NCBI GenBank assembly: GCA_030390025.1
Contig: JASTWF010000418.1
Coordinates: 1-64,000, forward strand
Origin: Squalus acanthias
Taxonomy: Eukaryota
Length of the DNA: 64,000 nt
Reading direction: 5' to 3'
The notes beneath the pieces are model-generated. The model searched no databases, was not told where the DNA came from, and was given only the letters and a program-made list of their open reading frames with translations. The position numbers and the translations under genes are program-made. Positions 39,136 through 52,649 of the stretch are shown piece by piece. Position 1 is the stretch's first letter. Every line of letters begins with the position of its first letter.

Positions 39136-40698
39136 TCAGACCCTCTGACCCTCAGTCCCACTGACACTCAGTCCCTCTGACCCTCACTCCCTCTGACCCT
39201 CAGTCCCGCTGACTCTCAGTCCCTCTGACCCTCCCTCCCACTGACCCTCCCTCCCTCTGACTCTCAGTCCCACTGACCCACAGTCACTCTGACCCTCAGT
39301 CCCTCTGACCCTCAGTCCCACTGACCCTCAGTCCCTCTGACCCTCAGTCCCTCTGACCCTCAGTCCCACTGACCCTCAGTCCCACTGACCCTCAGTCCCT
39401 CTGACCCTCAGTCCCTCTGACACTCAGTCCCTCTGACCCTGAGTCCCACTGACCCTCAGACCCTCTGACCCTCAGTCCCTCTGACCCTCAGTCCCACTGA
39501 CCCTCAGTCCCACTGACCCTCAGACCCTCTGACCTTCAGTCCCTCTGACCCTCTCTCCATCTGACCCTCAGTCCCACTGACCCTCAGACCCTCTGACCCT
39601 CGGTCCCTCTGACCCTCAGTCCCTCTGACCCTCAGTCCCTCTGACCCTCAGACCCTCTGACCATCAGTCCCTCTGACCCTCAGTCCCTCTGACCCTCAGT
39701 CCCTTGACCCTCAACCATTGACCCTCAGTCCCTCTGACCCTCAGTCCCACTGACCCTCAGTCCCTCTGACCCTCAGTCCCTCTGACCATCAGTCACTCTG
39801 ACCCTCAGACCCTCTGACCCTCAGTCCCTCTGACCCTCTCTCCATCTGACCGTCAGTCCCACTGACCCTCAGTCCCACTGACACTCAGTCCCTCTGACCC
39901 TCAGTCCCTCTGACCCTCAGTCCCACTGACACTCAGTCCCTCTGACCCTCAGTCCCTCTGACCCTCAGTCCCTCTGACCCTCAGTCCCACTGACACTCAT
40001 TCCCTCTGACCCTCAGTCCCTCTGACCCTCAGTCCCACTGACCCTCAGACCCACTGACCCTCAGTCCCACTGACACTCAGTCCCACCGACCCTCAGTCCC
40101 ACTGACCATCAGTCCCTCAGACCCTCAGTCCCTCTGACCCTCAGTCCCTCTGACCCTAACTCACACTGAACCTCAGACCCTCTGACCCTCAGTCCCACTG
40201 ACACTCAGACCCTCTGACCCTCAGAGACTCTGACCCTCAGACCCTCTGACCCTCAGTCCCTCTGACCCTCAGTACCACTGACCCTCAGTCCCTCTGACCC
40301 TCAGTCCCACTGACACTCAGTCCCTCTGACCCTCAGTCCCTCTGACCCTCAGTCCCTCTGACCCTCAGTCAGACTGACCCTCAGTCCCTCTGACTCTCAG
40401 TCCCTCAGACCCTCAGTCCCTCTGACCCTCAGTCCCTCTGACCCTCAGTCCCACTGACCCTCTGACCCTCACTCCCTATGACACTCAGACCCTCTGACCC
40501 TCAGTCCCTCTGATCCTCAGTCCCTCTGACCCTCAGTCCCAGTGACCCTCAGTCCCTCTGACCCTCAGACCCTCTGACCCTCAGTCCCACTGACGCTCAA
40601 TGCCACTGACCCTCAGTCCCTCTGACCCTCAGTCTCACTGACCCTCAGTCCCTCTGACCCTCAGTTCCACTGACCCTCAGTCCCACTGACTCTCAGTC

Positions 40699-41371
40699 AT
40701 AGAACATAGATACATAGAACAGTTCAGCACAGTACAGGCCCTTCGGCCCTCGATGTTGTGCCGAGCATTGTCCGAGACCAAGATCAAGCTATCACACTCC
40801 CTATCACTCTGGTGTGCTCCATGTGCTTATCCAATAACCGCTTGAAAGTTCCTAAAGTGTCCGACTCCACTATCACAGCAGGCAGTCCATTCCACACCCC
40901 AACCACTCTCTGAGTAAAGAATCTACCTCGGACATCCCTTCTATATCTCCCCCCATGCACCTTATAGTTATGCCCCCTTGTAACAGCTGCCTCTACCCGA
41001 GGAAATAGTCTCTGAACATCCACTCTATCTATCCCCCTCATCATCTTATAAACCTCTATTAAGTCGCCTCTCATCCTCCTCCGCTCTAAAGAGAAAAGCC
41101 CCAACTCCCTCAATCTTTCCTCATAAGACCTCCCCGCCAAACCAGGCAGCATCCTGGTAAATCTCCTTTACACTCTTTCCACTGCTTCCACGTCCTTCCT
41201 ATAGTGAGGTGACCAGAACTGCACACAATATTCCAAATGTGGTCTCACCAAGGTCCTGTACAGTTGCAGCATAAACTCACGGTTCTTAAACTCAAACCCT
41301 CTGTTAATAAACGCCAACACACCATAGGCCTTCTTAACTGCTCTATCCACTTGAGTGGCAACCTTCAGAGA
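40699..41371 (-). mobile_element. Young 5'-truncated CR1 inserted in the satellite
   Basis: Near-identical to the 3' part of 47479-49050; 18-bp TSD TCCCACTGACTCTCAGTC (40681-40698 / 41372-41389). Confidence 0.92.
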
Positions 41372-43495
41372 TCCCACTGACTCTCAGTCCCACTGACCCA
41401 CAGACCCTCTGACCCCCAGTCCCTCTGACCCTCAGTCCCACTGACCCACAGACCCTCGGACCCTCAGACCCTCGGACCCTCAGTCCCACTAACACTCAGT
41501 CCCGCTGACCCTCAGTCCCTCTGACCCTCAGTCCCTCTGACCCTTAGTCCCTCTGACTCTCAGTCCCTCCGACCCTCAGTCCCACTGACCCTCAGACCCA
41601 CTGACCCTCAGTCCCTCTGACCCTCAGTCCCACTGACCCACAGACCCTCGGACCCTCAGACCCTCGGACCCTCAGTCCCACTGACACTCAGACCCACTGA
41701 CCCTCAGTCCCTCTGACCCTCAGTCCCACTGACACTCAGTCCCTCTGACCCTCAGTCCCTCTGACCCTCTGACCCTCTGACCCTCAGTCCCTCCGACCAT
41801 CAGTCCCTCTGACCCTCAGTCCCTCTGACCCTCAGTCCCTCTGACCCTCAGTCCCACTGACACTCAGTCCCTCTGACCCTTAGTCCCTCTCACCCTCAGT
41901 CCCTCTGACCCTCTGACCCTCTGACCCTCAGTCCCTCTGACCCTCAGTCCCTCTGACCCTCAGTCCCACTGACCCTCAGACCCACTGACCCACAGACCCA
42001 CTGACCCTCAGTCCCTCTGACCCTCAGACCCACTGACCCGCAGTCCCTCTGACCCTCAGTCCCACTGACCCTCATTCCCTCTGACCCTCAGTCCCACTGA
42101 CACTCAGTCCCTCTGACCCTCAGTCCCTCTGACCCTCAGTCCCTCAGTCCCTCTGACCCTCAGTCCCTCTGACCCTCAGTCCCTCAGTCTCTCTGACCCT
42201 CAGTCCCACTGATCCTCAGTCCCTCTGACCCTCAGTCCCTCTGACCCTCAGTCCCTCTGACCCTCAGTCCCACTGACCCTCAGTCCCTTGACCCTCACTC
42301 CCACTGACCCTCAGTCCCTCTGACCCTCAGTCTCTCTGACCCTCAGTCCCTCTGACCCTCAGTCCCACTGATCCTCAGTCCCACTGACCCTCAGTCCCTC
42401 TGACCCTCAGTCCCTCTGACCCTCAGTCCCACTGATCCACAGTCCCACTGACCCTCAGTCCCTCTGACCCTCAGTCCCTCTGACCCTCAGTCCCACTGAC
42501 CCTCAGTCCCTCTGACCCTCAGTCCCTCTGACCCTCAGTCCCACTGACCCTCATTCCCTCTGACCCTCAGTCTCTCTGACCCTCAGTCCCAGTGACCCTC
42601 AGTCCCACTGACCTCCCTCCCTCTGACCCTCAGTCCCTCTGACCCTCAGTCCCGCTGACCCTCAGTCCCTCTGACCCTCCCTCCTACTGACCCTCAGTCC
42701 CTCTGACCCTCAGTCCCTCTGACCATCAGTACCTCTGTCCCTCAGTCCCTCTGACCCTCAGTCCCTCTGACCCTCAGTCCCTCTGACCCTCAGTCCCTCT
42801 GATCCTCAGTCCCTCTGACCCTCAGTCCCTCTGAACCTCATTCCCTCTGACCGTCAGACCCTCGGACCCTCAGTCCCTCTGACCCTCAGTCCCTCTGACC
42901 TTCAGTCCCTCTGATCCTCAGTCCCTCTGACCCTCAGTCCCTCTGACCCTCAGTCCCTCTGACCCTCAGTCCCACTGACCCTCAGTCCCTCTGACCCTCC
43001 GTCCCACTGAACCTCAGTCCCTCGGACCCTCAGTCCCACTGACCCTCAGTCCCTCTGACCCTCAGTCCCTCTGACCCTCAGTCCCACTGACCCTCAGTCC
43101 CTCTGACCCTCCGTCCCACTGAACCTCAGTCCCTCTGACCCTCAGTCCCACTGACCCTCATTCCCACAGACCCTCCCTCCCTCTGACCCTTAGTCCCTCT
43201 GACCCTCATTCTCACTGACCCTCAGTCCCTCTGACCCTCAGTCCCTCTGACCCTCAGTCCCTCTGACCCTCAGTCCCTCAGTCCCTCTGACCCTCAGTCC
43301 CTCAGTCCCACTGTGCCTCAGTCCCTCTGACCCTCAGTCCCACTGAACCTCACTCCCTCTGAGCTCAGTCCCTCTGACCCTCACTCCCTCTGACGCTCAG
43401 TCTCTCTGACCCTCAGTCTCACTGACCCTCACTCCCTATGACCCTCACTTCCTCTGACCCTCAGTCCCTCTGACCCTCAGTCCCTCTGACCCTCA

Positions 43496-44270
43496 CAGTG
43501 CAGTGCTCCCTCAGTACTGCCCCTCCGACAGTGCAGCGCCCCCTCAGTACTGACCCTCCGACAGTGCAGTGCTCCCTCAGTACCGCCCATCCAACTGTGC
43601 AGCTCTCCCTCAGTACTTCCCCTCCGACAGTGCAGCGTTCCCTCAGTACAGACCCTCCGACAGTGCCGCGCTCCCTCAGTACTGACACTCCAACAGTGCA
43701 GCACTCCCTCAGTACTGCCCCTCCAACTGTGCAGCGCTCCCTCAGTACTGCCCCTCCAACAGTGCAGCGCTCCCAGAGTACTGCCCCTCCGACAGTGCAG
43801 TGCTCCCTCAGTACCGCCCCTCCAACTGTGCAGCGCTCCCTCAGTACTTCCCCTCCAACTGTGCAGCGCTCCCTCAGTACTGCCTCTCCGACAGTGCAGC
43901 GCTTCCTCAGTACTGCCCCTCCGACAGTGCGGCGCTCCCTCAGTACTGCCCCTCCGACAGTGCGGCGCTCCCTCAGTACTGCCTCTCCGACAGTGCGGCG
44001 CTCCCTCAGTACTGCCCCTCCGACAGTGCAGCGCTTCCTCAGTACTGCCCCTCCGACAGTGCGGCGCTCCCTCAGTACTGCCTCTCCGAGAGTGCGGCGC
44101 TCCCTCAGTACTGACCCTCCGACAGTGCAGCGCTCCCTCAGTACTGCCCCTCCGACAGTTCGGCGCTCCCTCAGTACTGCCACTGAGACAGTGCGGTGCT
44201 CCCTCAGTACTGCCACTGAGACAGTGCGGCGCCCCCTCAGTACTGACCCTCATTCCCTCTGACCCTCTCC
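43496..44270. repeat. 33-bp minisatellite
   Basis: Unit CAGTGCAGCGCTCCCTCAGTACTGCCCCTCCGA. Confidence 0.95.
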
Positions 44271-44289
44271 TCCCCTCAGTCCCGCCAAC

Positions 44290-47200
44290 CGTTTCCACAG
44301 CCCTCTGGGGCAGAGAATTCCAAAGATTCACAACCCTCTGAGTGAAGAAATTCCTCCTCATCTCAGTCTAAAATGGCCGACCCCTTATCCTGAGACTACG
44401 CCCCCTAGTTCTAGACTCTCCAGCCAGGGGAAACAACCTCTCAGCATCTACCCTGTCAATCCCCTTCAGAATCTTGTATCTTTCAATGAGATCACCTCTC
44501 ATTCTTCTAAACTCCAGAGAGTATTGGCCCATTCTACACAATCTCTCATCACAGGTCACCCCTCTCATCCCAGGAATCAATCTAGTGAACCTTCGTTGCA
44601 CCGCCTCCATGGAAAGTATATCCTTCCACAGATAAGGAGACCAAAACTGTGCACAGTACTCCAGGTGTGGTCTCACCAAGGCCCTGTACAATTGTAGTAA
44701 GACTTCCTTACTCTTATACTCCAACCCACTTGCAATAAAGGCCAACATTCCATTTGCCTTCCTAATTGCTTGATGTACCTGCATGCTAACTTTCTGTGTT
44801 TCCTGTATGAGTGAATACACCTGAATCTCTCTGAACACCAACATTTAATAGTTTCTCACCATTTAAAAATATTCTGTTTTTCTATTCTTGCGACCAAATT
44901 GAATAACCTCACCTGTCCCCTCTGGTTCTTTTGCCAAATACCTTAAACCTGTGCTCTCTGGTGTCCGACCCTCCTGCCACTGGAAACAGTTTCTCCTTAT
45001 TTCCTCCATCAAAACCCTTGTTGATTTTGAACACCTCTATCAAATCTCCCCTTAACCTTCTCTGCTCTGAGGAGAACAACCCCAGCTTCTCCAGTCTCTC
45101 CACATATCTGAAATCATTCTTCCCTGGTACGCTCCCAGTAAATTTCCACTGCACCCTCTCTGGAATTTTTTGAGGATGTAACTGGTAGAATAGATAAGGG
45201 AGAACCAGTAGATGTGGTGTATTTGGACTTTCAGAAGGCTTTCGATGAGGTCCCGCATAAGAGATTAGCGTGTAAAGCTAAGGCACATGGGATTGGGGGT
45301 AAGGTACTGACTTGGATAGAGAACTGGTTGGCAGACAGAAAGCAAAGAGTTGGAATAAACGGGTCTTTTTCCGAGTGACAGGCAGTGACTAGTGGGGTAC
45401 CGCAGGGATCGGTGCTAGGACCCCAGCTATTCACAATATATATTAATGATCTAGACGAGGGGACTAGATGTAATATCTCTAAGTTTGCAGACGACACAAT
45501 GGGTGAAACTAGAACTAGGGGGCATAGTCTTAGAATAAGGGGCTGCTCTTTCAAAACTGAGATGAGAAGGAACTACTTCACTCAGAGGGTGGTAGGTCCA
45601 TGGAATATGCTGCCCCAAAAAGCTGTAGAAGCTACATCATTACATAAATTTAAAACAGAAACAGACAGTTTCCTAGAAGTAAAGGGAATTAAGGGTTACG
45701 GGGAGCGGGCAGGAATTTGGACACGAGTCTAGGTTCGGATCGGTCATGGCCCTGTGGGTAGCGGAGCGGGCCCAGGGGCCGTGTAGCCTGATCCTGCTCC
45801 TATTTCATGTGTCCAATTCTGTTAGGTTCAGGAGATGGTTCCGTGATAGTAGATTGGCGGTTAGGATCAGATCAGCCATGATCTTATTGAATGGCGGAGC
45901 AGGCTCGAGGGGCCAATTTGCCTACTCCTGCTCCTATTTCTTATGTTCTTATGTTCTTATTAAAGCTGGGTGGGCGTGTGTGCTGTGAGGAGGATGCAGA
46001 GAAACTCCAGTATGATTTGGACAGGTTGGGTAATTGGACAGGTGCATGGCAGATGCAGTATAATGTGGATAAATGCGAGGTTATCCACTTTGGTGGCAAA
46101 AACAGGAAGACAGATTATTATCTGAATGGCAATAGATTGGGAAAAGGGGAAGTGCAACGAGACCTGGGAGTCCTTGTGCACCAGTCACTGAAGGTAAGCA
46201 TGCAGGTGCAGCAGGCGGTTAAGAAGGCAAATGGTATGTTGGCCTTCATAGTGAGAGGATTCGAGTACAGGAGCAAGGATGTCTTGCTGCAGTTGTACAA
46301 GGCCTTGGTGAGACAACACCTTGAGTATTGTGTGCAATTTTGGTCGCCTTATCTGAGGAAGGATGTTCTTGCCATGGAGGGAGTTCAGCAAAGATTCACC
46401 AGACTGATACCTGGGATGGCAGGAATGACGTATGAAGAGAGATTGGGTCGATTAGGCTTATATTCGCTAGAGTTTCGAAGAATGAGAGGGGATCTCATTG
46501 AAACTTAGAAAATTCAAACAGGACTAGACAGACCAGATGCAGGAAGGATGTTCCCGATGGTCGGGGAAGTCCAGAACCAGAGGCCACAGTCTAAGGACAA
46601 GGGGTAAGCCATTTAGAACTGAGATGAGGAGGAATTTCTTCACCCAGAGAGTGGTGAACCTGTGGAATTCTCTACCACAGAAGGCAGTTGAGGCCAATTC
46701 ATTAAATATATTCAAGAAGGAGTTAGATATATTTCTTAAGGCTAAAGGGATCAAGGGATATGGGGAGAAGGCAGGGACAGGGTACTGAATTTGGATGATC
46801 AGCCATGATCTCATCGAATGGCGGAGCAGGCTCGAGGGGCCGAATGGCCTACTCCTGCTCCTATCTTCTATGTTTCTATGTTTCTGCCCAGAATTGGACT
46901 CAGTGCTCCAGTTGGGGCCTAACCAGTGATTTGTAAAGGTTCAGCATAACTTCCTTGGTTTTGTACTCTCCGCATCTATTAATAGACCCAAGGATCCTGT
47001 ATACATTTTTAACAACCTTCTCAAATAGTCCTCCCATCTTCAAAGACTTGTGTACGTACACGCCCAAGGTCTCTCTCTTCCTGCACACTCTTTGAAATTG
47101 TATCATTTAGTTTATATTGCCTCTCAATTCTTCCGACCAAAATGTATCACTTCGCACTTCTCTGCGTTAAACTTCATCTGCCATGTGTCTGCCCATTCCA

Positions 47201-47478
47201 CCAGCCTGTCTCTGGCCCCCTGAAGTCTGCTACTATCCTCCTCACTGTTGACTACATTTCCGAGTTTTGTATCATCTACAAACTTGGAAATGATGCCCTG
47301 TAGACCCAAGTCTAGGTCATTAATATATATCAAAAAGAGCAGTGGTCCTAATACTGACCACATGGGGGACACCACTGTATACTTCCCTCCAGTCTCAAAA
47401 ACAACTGTTCACCACAACTCTCTGCTTTCTGTCTCTCAGCCAATGTTGTTATCCACGTAGACACTGTCCCTTTAATCA
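44290..47478. mobile_element. Cluster of nested CR1 fragments on both strands
   Basis: Many ORF2 C-terminal fragments: 44290-45160 minus, 45165-46885 plus with TTCTATG tails, 46900-47478 minus. Confidence 0.88.
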
Positions 47479-49050
47479 GAGAGTTAGAACATGAGGGCCG
47501 ATAAGTCCCCTGGGCCAGATGGGATATATCCTAGGATTCTTTGGGAGGCAAGGGAGGAGATTGCAGAGCCTCTGGCTTTGATCTTTGGGTCCTCACTGTC
47601 CACGGGGATGGTGCCAGAGGACTGGAGAGTGGCGAATGTTGTTCCTCTCTTCAAGAAAGGAAATAGGAATGACCCTGGTAATTATAGGCCGGTTAGTCTT
47701 ACTTCGGTGGTTGGTAAGATAATGGAAAAGGTCCTGAGGGATAGGATTTATGACCATTTGGAAAGGGGCAACTTAATCAGGGATAGTCAACACGGATTCG
47801 TGAAGGGTAAGTCTTGCCTAACAAATTTGATTGAATTCTTTGAGGAGGTAACTAAGTGTGTCGATGAAGGTAGAGCAGTTGATGTCGTATACATGGATTT
47901 TAGTAAGGCGTTTGATAAGGTTCCCCATGGTCGTCTCATGAAGAAAGTAAGGAGTTGTGGGATAGAGGGAAATTTGGCCGATTGGATAAGTAACTGGCTA
48001 TCTCATAGAAGGCAGAGGGTGGTGGTGGATGGAACATTTTCGGACTGGAGACCAGTTACCAGCGGTGTGCCACAGGGGTCGGTGCTGGGTCCTTTGCTGT
48101 TTGTGATTTTTATCAATGACTTGGAGGAGGGGACTGAAGGGTGGATCAGTAAATTTGCTGATGACACCAAGATTGGTGGAGCAGTGGATGAGGTGGAGGG
48201 CAGTTGTAGGCTGCAAAGAGACATTGATAGGATGCAGAGCTGGGCCGAAAAATGGCAGATGGAATTTAACCCTGATAAGTGCGAGGTGATTCATTTTGGT
48301 AGGGCAAATTTGAATAAGGATTACAGGGTCAACGGCAGGGTTCTGAGGAACGTGGAGGAGCAGAGGGATCTGGGGGTTCATATCCACAGATCTCTGAAGG
48401 TTGCCACTCAAGTGGATAGAGCAGTAAAGAAGGCCTATGGTGTGTTGGCGTTTATTAACAGAGCGTTTGAGTTTAAGAACCGTGAGGTTATGCTGCAACT
48501 GTACAGGACCTTGGTGAGACCACATTTGGAATATTGTGTGCAGTTCTGGTCACCTCACTATAGGAAGGACGTGGAAGCATTGGAAAGAGTGCAAAGGAGA
48601 TTTACCAGGATGCTGCCTGGTTTGGGGGGGAGGTCTTATGAGGAAAGATTGAGGGAGTTGGGGCTTTTCTCTTTAGAGCGGAGGAGGATGAGAGGCGACT
48701 TAATAGAGGTTTATAAGATGATGAGGGGGATAGATAGAGTGGATGTTCAGAGACTATTTCCTCGGGTAGAGGCAGCTGTTACAAGGGGGCATAACTATAA
48801 GGTGCATGGGGGGAGATATAGAAGGGATGTCCGAGGTAGATTCTTTACTCAGAGAGTGGTTGGGGTGTGGAATGGACTGCCTGCTGTGATAGTGGAGTCG
48901 GACACTTTAGGAACTTTCAAGCAGTTATTGGATAAGCACATGGAGCACACCAGAGTGATAGGGAGTGTGATAGCTTGATCTTGGTCTCGGACAATGCTCG
49001 GCACAACATCGAGGGCCAAAGGGCCTGTACTGTGCTGTACTGTTCTATAA
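47479..49050 (+). mobile_element. Young CR1, uninterrupted 495-aa RT/C-terminal part of ORF2
   Basis: ORF 47491-48978 has all RT motifs; no endonuclease domain, so it is 5'-truncated. Confidence 0.93.
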
Positions 49051-51150
49051 GATAAGAACGTAAGAAATAAGAGCTGGAGTCGGCCATTTGGCCCCTCGAG
49101 CCTGCTCCGCCATTCAATAAGATCATGGCTGATCTTCTACCTCAACTCCATCTTCCCGAACTAGCCCCATATCAATATTCAAAAATCTATCGATCTCTGT
49201 CTTGAATATACTCAACAACTGAGCCTCCACAGCCCTCTGGGGGAGAGAATTCCAAAGATTCACCACCCTCTGAGTGAAGAAATTTCTCCTCATCTCAGTC
49301 CTCAATGGCCGACCCCTTATTCTGAGACTGTGACCCCTGGTTCTAGACTCCCCAGCCAGGGGAAACATCCTCCCTGCATCTACCCTGTCAAGCCCTGTAA
49401 GAATGTTATATGTTTCAATGAGATCACCTCTCATTCTTCTAAACTCCAGAGAATATAAACCCAGTCTACTCAATCTCTCCTCATAGGACATTCCCCCCAT
49501 CCCAGGAATCAGTCTGGTGAACCTTCGTTGCACTCCCTCTAAGGCAAGTATATCATTCCTTAGGTAAGGAGACCAAAACTGTACACAATACTCCAGGTGT
49601 GGTCTCACCAATGCCCTGTATAATTGTGGTAAGACTTCTTTACTCTTGTACTCTAATCCTTTTGTCACAAAAGCTAACATACCATTTGCTTTCCCAATTG
49701 CTTGCTGTACCTGCATGTTAACTTTCTGTGATTCATGTACAAGGACACCCAGGTCCCTCTGAGTGCAAACATTTCCCAGTCCCTCACCATTCAAAAAATA
49801 TTCTGCTTTGTTGTTTTCCCTACCAACGTGGATAACTTCCCACTTCCCCACATTGTATTCCATTTGCCATGTTCTTGCCCACTCAGTCAACCTGTCTAAT
49901 AGGCCCAGAAATTCCGATCGCAGGCCTCCCGCGGGCGGAGGGCTGCCATCTGGAAAAATCTCTCGCCTGGACCAGAGGGCTCCCGGGAGGAGCAGAGTTC
50001 GGCTGCTGGGCCTCTCCAAACTGCCGGTGCGCGGGGCCCACGTATCCCAGAGGCACAGGCGGTTCACAGCGTCCCTGGGATCACGTGGGCCATGGGGAGC
50101 CAATCAGAGAAGGGAATCTCCCTTCATACAATTGACAGGAAGACCTGTCAAATATATGAATACCGATCACCCCCAAAACATAGTAATGTTGAGGCTGCCG
50201 CGAAACACGAATTAAGGCTGAATCCATGTGTGTTAAACAAGAGACTTTTTAATCACTGCATGGCACAAAATGGCTGCACAGAAAAGCTCCCAGAATTCTC
50301 TGGGCAAATCCTGAGGCCCCGCCCACTCCTGACTTAAAGGTAAGGTGCCTTAAAGGGAAGGTGCTGGATATTTGTCCACGGACGGAAGAGTGGACAATGC
50401 CCGTTTAGGTGGCGATCTGCCACAGTAAAACTTCAATAATTTTTTTAAAAAATCACATTTTTAAAATGACTTTAAATTACAATAAATTAAGTATTTTAAA
50501 CAAAAATTTTATTTTTTGAAAAAAATTATTAAAGTTTTTAACGGGGCTAAAAATAAACTTACCTTTCTTTAAAGTATTTTTAAATGATATATTAGTGGAA
50601 TTTTTTTTTTTACTTTTTTCAACTCTTAGGCGCAAGAATTGTAAGTGTTTTCTGCGGGCGGAAGGTCTCCAAAAAACGTAACTCTCCGCCCGCAGCGGCC
50701 CTGCTCCCGGGCAGGCGGAGGATCTGTCAAGAGCTTTCCAGATAGATGGGAAATGCCGGTTTCCAGCGCATGCGCAGTGCATGACTAAAACCGGCATTTC
50801 CGTTGGCCCTACGGGTGAGTACACAGCGCGTACACACCCGTAGGGAACGGAATTCCTGCCCCAATATCTCTCTGCAGCCTCTTTGTGTCCTCCTCACAGC
50901 TTACTTTCTCACCTAACTTTGTATCATCAGCTAACGTGGATACGTTACATTAAGTCCCTTCATCTAAGTCACTAATATAGATTGTAAATAGCTGAGGCCC
51001 CAACACTGATCCTTGCGGCACCTCACTCGTTACAGCCTGCCAACCTGAAAAAGTCCCGTTTATTCCTACTCTCTGTTTTCTGTCCGTTAACCAATCCTCT
51101 ATCCATGGTAATATAATATCCCCAATCCCATGAGCCCTAATTTTGTGCAT
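49051..51150 (-). mobile_element. CR1 fragment split by a MITE
   Basis: ORF2 motifs at 49123-49900 and 50863-51150. Confidence 0.85.
49902..50862. mobile_element. Second MITE-like element inserted in a CR1
   Basis: Imperfect TIR GGCCCAGAAATTCCG / CGGAATTCCTGCCCC; AT-rich core; CR1 resumes on both sides; TSD not clean (ATA/AAT). Confidence 0.65.
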
Positions 51151-51344
51151 AATAGATAGGCGGCAGGAGGTTTTGGTGAGGAGGATTGGGTATAAATAAA
51201 AGATCACAGGAACACGGGCAGTAGGAAGCAGTTTAATGGGTTATCAGTTGCAGGAATAGCGCACAGATTGTTAATGTTGGGAACTGGTCATAGGAGGGAG
51301 ATTAATGGAATAATATCTGGGATTGGCACTGGGTTAGGGGTGGG

Positions 51345-52368
51345 ATTGGGTGAGTGAGATGGTGGGTGGGTGAGATGGTGGGTGGGTGGGTGAGATGGTG
51401 GGTGGGTGAGATGGTGGGTGGGTGAGTTCGATGCCCGGGTGGGTGAGTTCGAGGCCGGGTGGGTGAGTTCGATGCCGGGTGGGTGAGTTCGATGCCGGGT
51501 GGGTGAGTTCGATGCCGGGTGGGTGAGTTCGATGCCGGGTGGGTGAGTTCGATGCCGGGTGGGTGAGTTCGATGCCGGGTGGGTGAGTTCGATGCCGGGT
51601 GAGTGAGTTCGATGCCGGGTGGGTCAGTTCGATGCCGGGTGGGTCAGTTCGATGCCGGGTGGGTGAGTTCGATGCCGGGTGGGTGAGTTCGATGCCGGGT
51701 GGGTCAGTTCGATGCCGGGTGGGTGAGTTCGATGCCGGGTGGGTGAGTTCGATGCCGGGTGGGTGAGTTCGATGCCGGGTGGGTGAGTTCGATGCCGGGT
51801 GGGTGAGTTCGATGCCGGGTGGGTGAGTTCGATGCCGGGTGGGTCAGTTCGATGCCGGGTGGGTGAGTTCGATGCCGGGTGGGTGAGTTCGAGGCCGGGT
51901 GGGTGAGTTCGATGCCGGGTGGGTCAGTTCGATGCCGGGTGGGTCAGTTCGATGCCGGGTGGGTGAGTTCGATGCCGGGTGGGTGAGTTCGATGCCGGTT
52001 GGGTGAGTTCGATGCCGGGTGGGTGAGTTCGATGCCGGGTGGGTTAGTTCGATGCCGGGTGGGTGAGTTCGATGCCGGGTGGGTCAGTTCGATGCCGGGT
52101 GGGTCAGTTCGAGGCCGGGTGGGTGAGTTCGGTGCCGGGTGGGTGAGTTCGATGCCGGGTTGGTGAGTTCGATGCCGGGTGGGTGAGTTCGATGCCGGGT
52201 GGGTGAGTTCGATGCCGGGTGGGTCAGTTCGATGCCGGGTGGGTCAGTTCGATGCCGGGTGGGTGAGTTTGATGCCGGGTGGGTGAGTTCGATGCCGGGT
52301 GGGTGGGTGAGATGGTGGGTGGGTGAGTTCAATGCCGGGTGGGTGAGTTCAATGCCGGGTGGGTGAGT
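51345..52368. repeat. 20-bp G-rich minisatellite
   Basis: Unit GGGTGGGTGAGTTCGATGCC. Confidence 0.97.
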
Positions 52369-52649
52369 TATGTTACAAGGATAGGTTTAATGATCCGAAC
52401 AGTCTATTGTTCAAGCAGCTTCCTACTCCATTGATCTCACAGGCAGTAATGAGCAGTGGAGGATGCTGGATCTGTCGAGAATGTTCAGCCGATGTGTATC
52501 CGGGATTTGCTGAAATCTCATCCTTAATACGTCACGTGACCTGTTCACTGAAATGAAAAGAAATGAGTTTCAAAATGAGCCGGAGACCTGAACAGGTAAA
52601 ACTGTCACTAAAACCACCAGCGATCTTCCTACTGATTGCAATTCAAGCA

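Larger units (their letters stand above)
21936..43495. repeat. ~21.5 kb satellite, 16-bp unit CTGACCCTCAGTCCCT (two related 8-mers)
   Basis: Direct inspection; interrupted only by the three islands and one CR1 insertion. Confidence 0.97.

Noticed and set aside
21936-43495. Bona fide class-switch region
   Set aside because: No AGCT/WRC in the consensus unit and it lies upstream of leader/V; kept only as a G4/R-loop observation.
43461-44361. Repetitive 250-290 aa ORFs
   Set aside because: 33-bp minisatellite read-through on both strands.
47491-48978. Host or domesticated reverse transcriptase gene
   Set aside because: 5'-truncated CR1 ORF2 with its own 3' tail and a near-identical second copy nearby.
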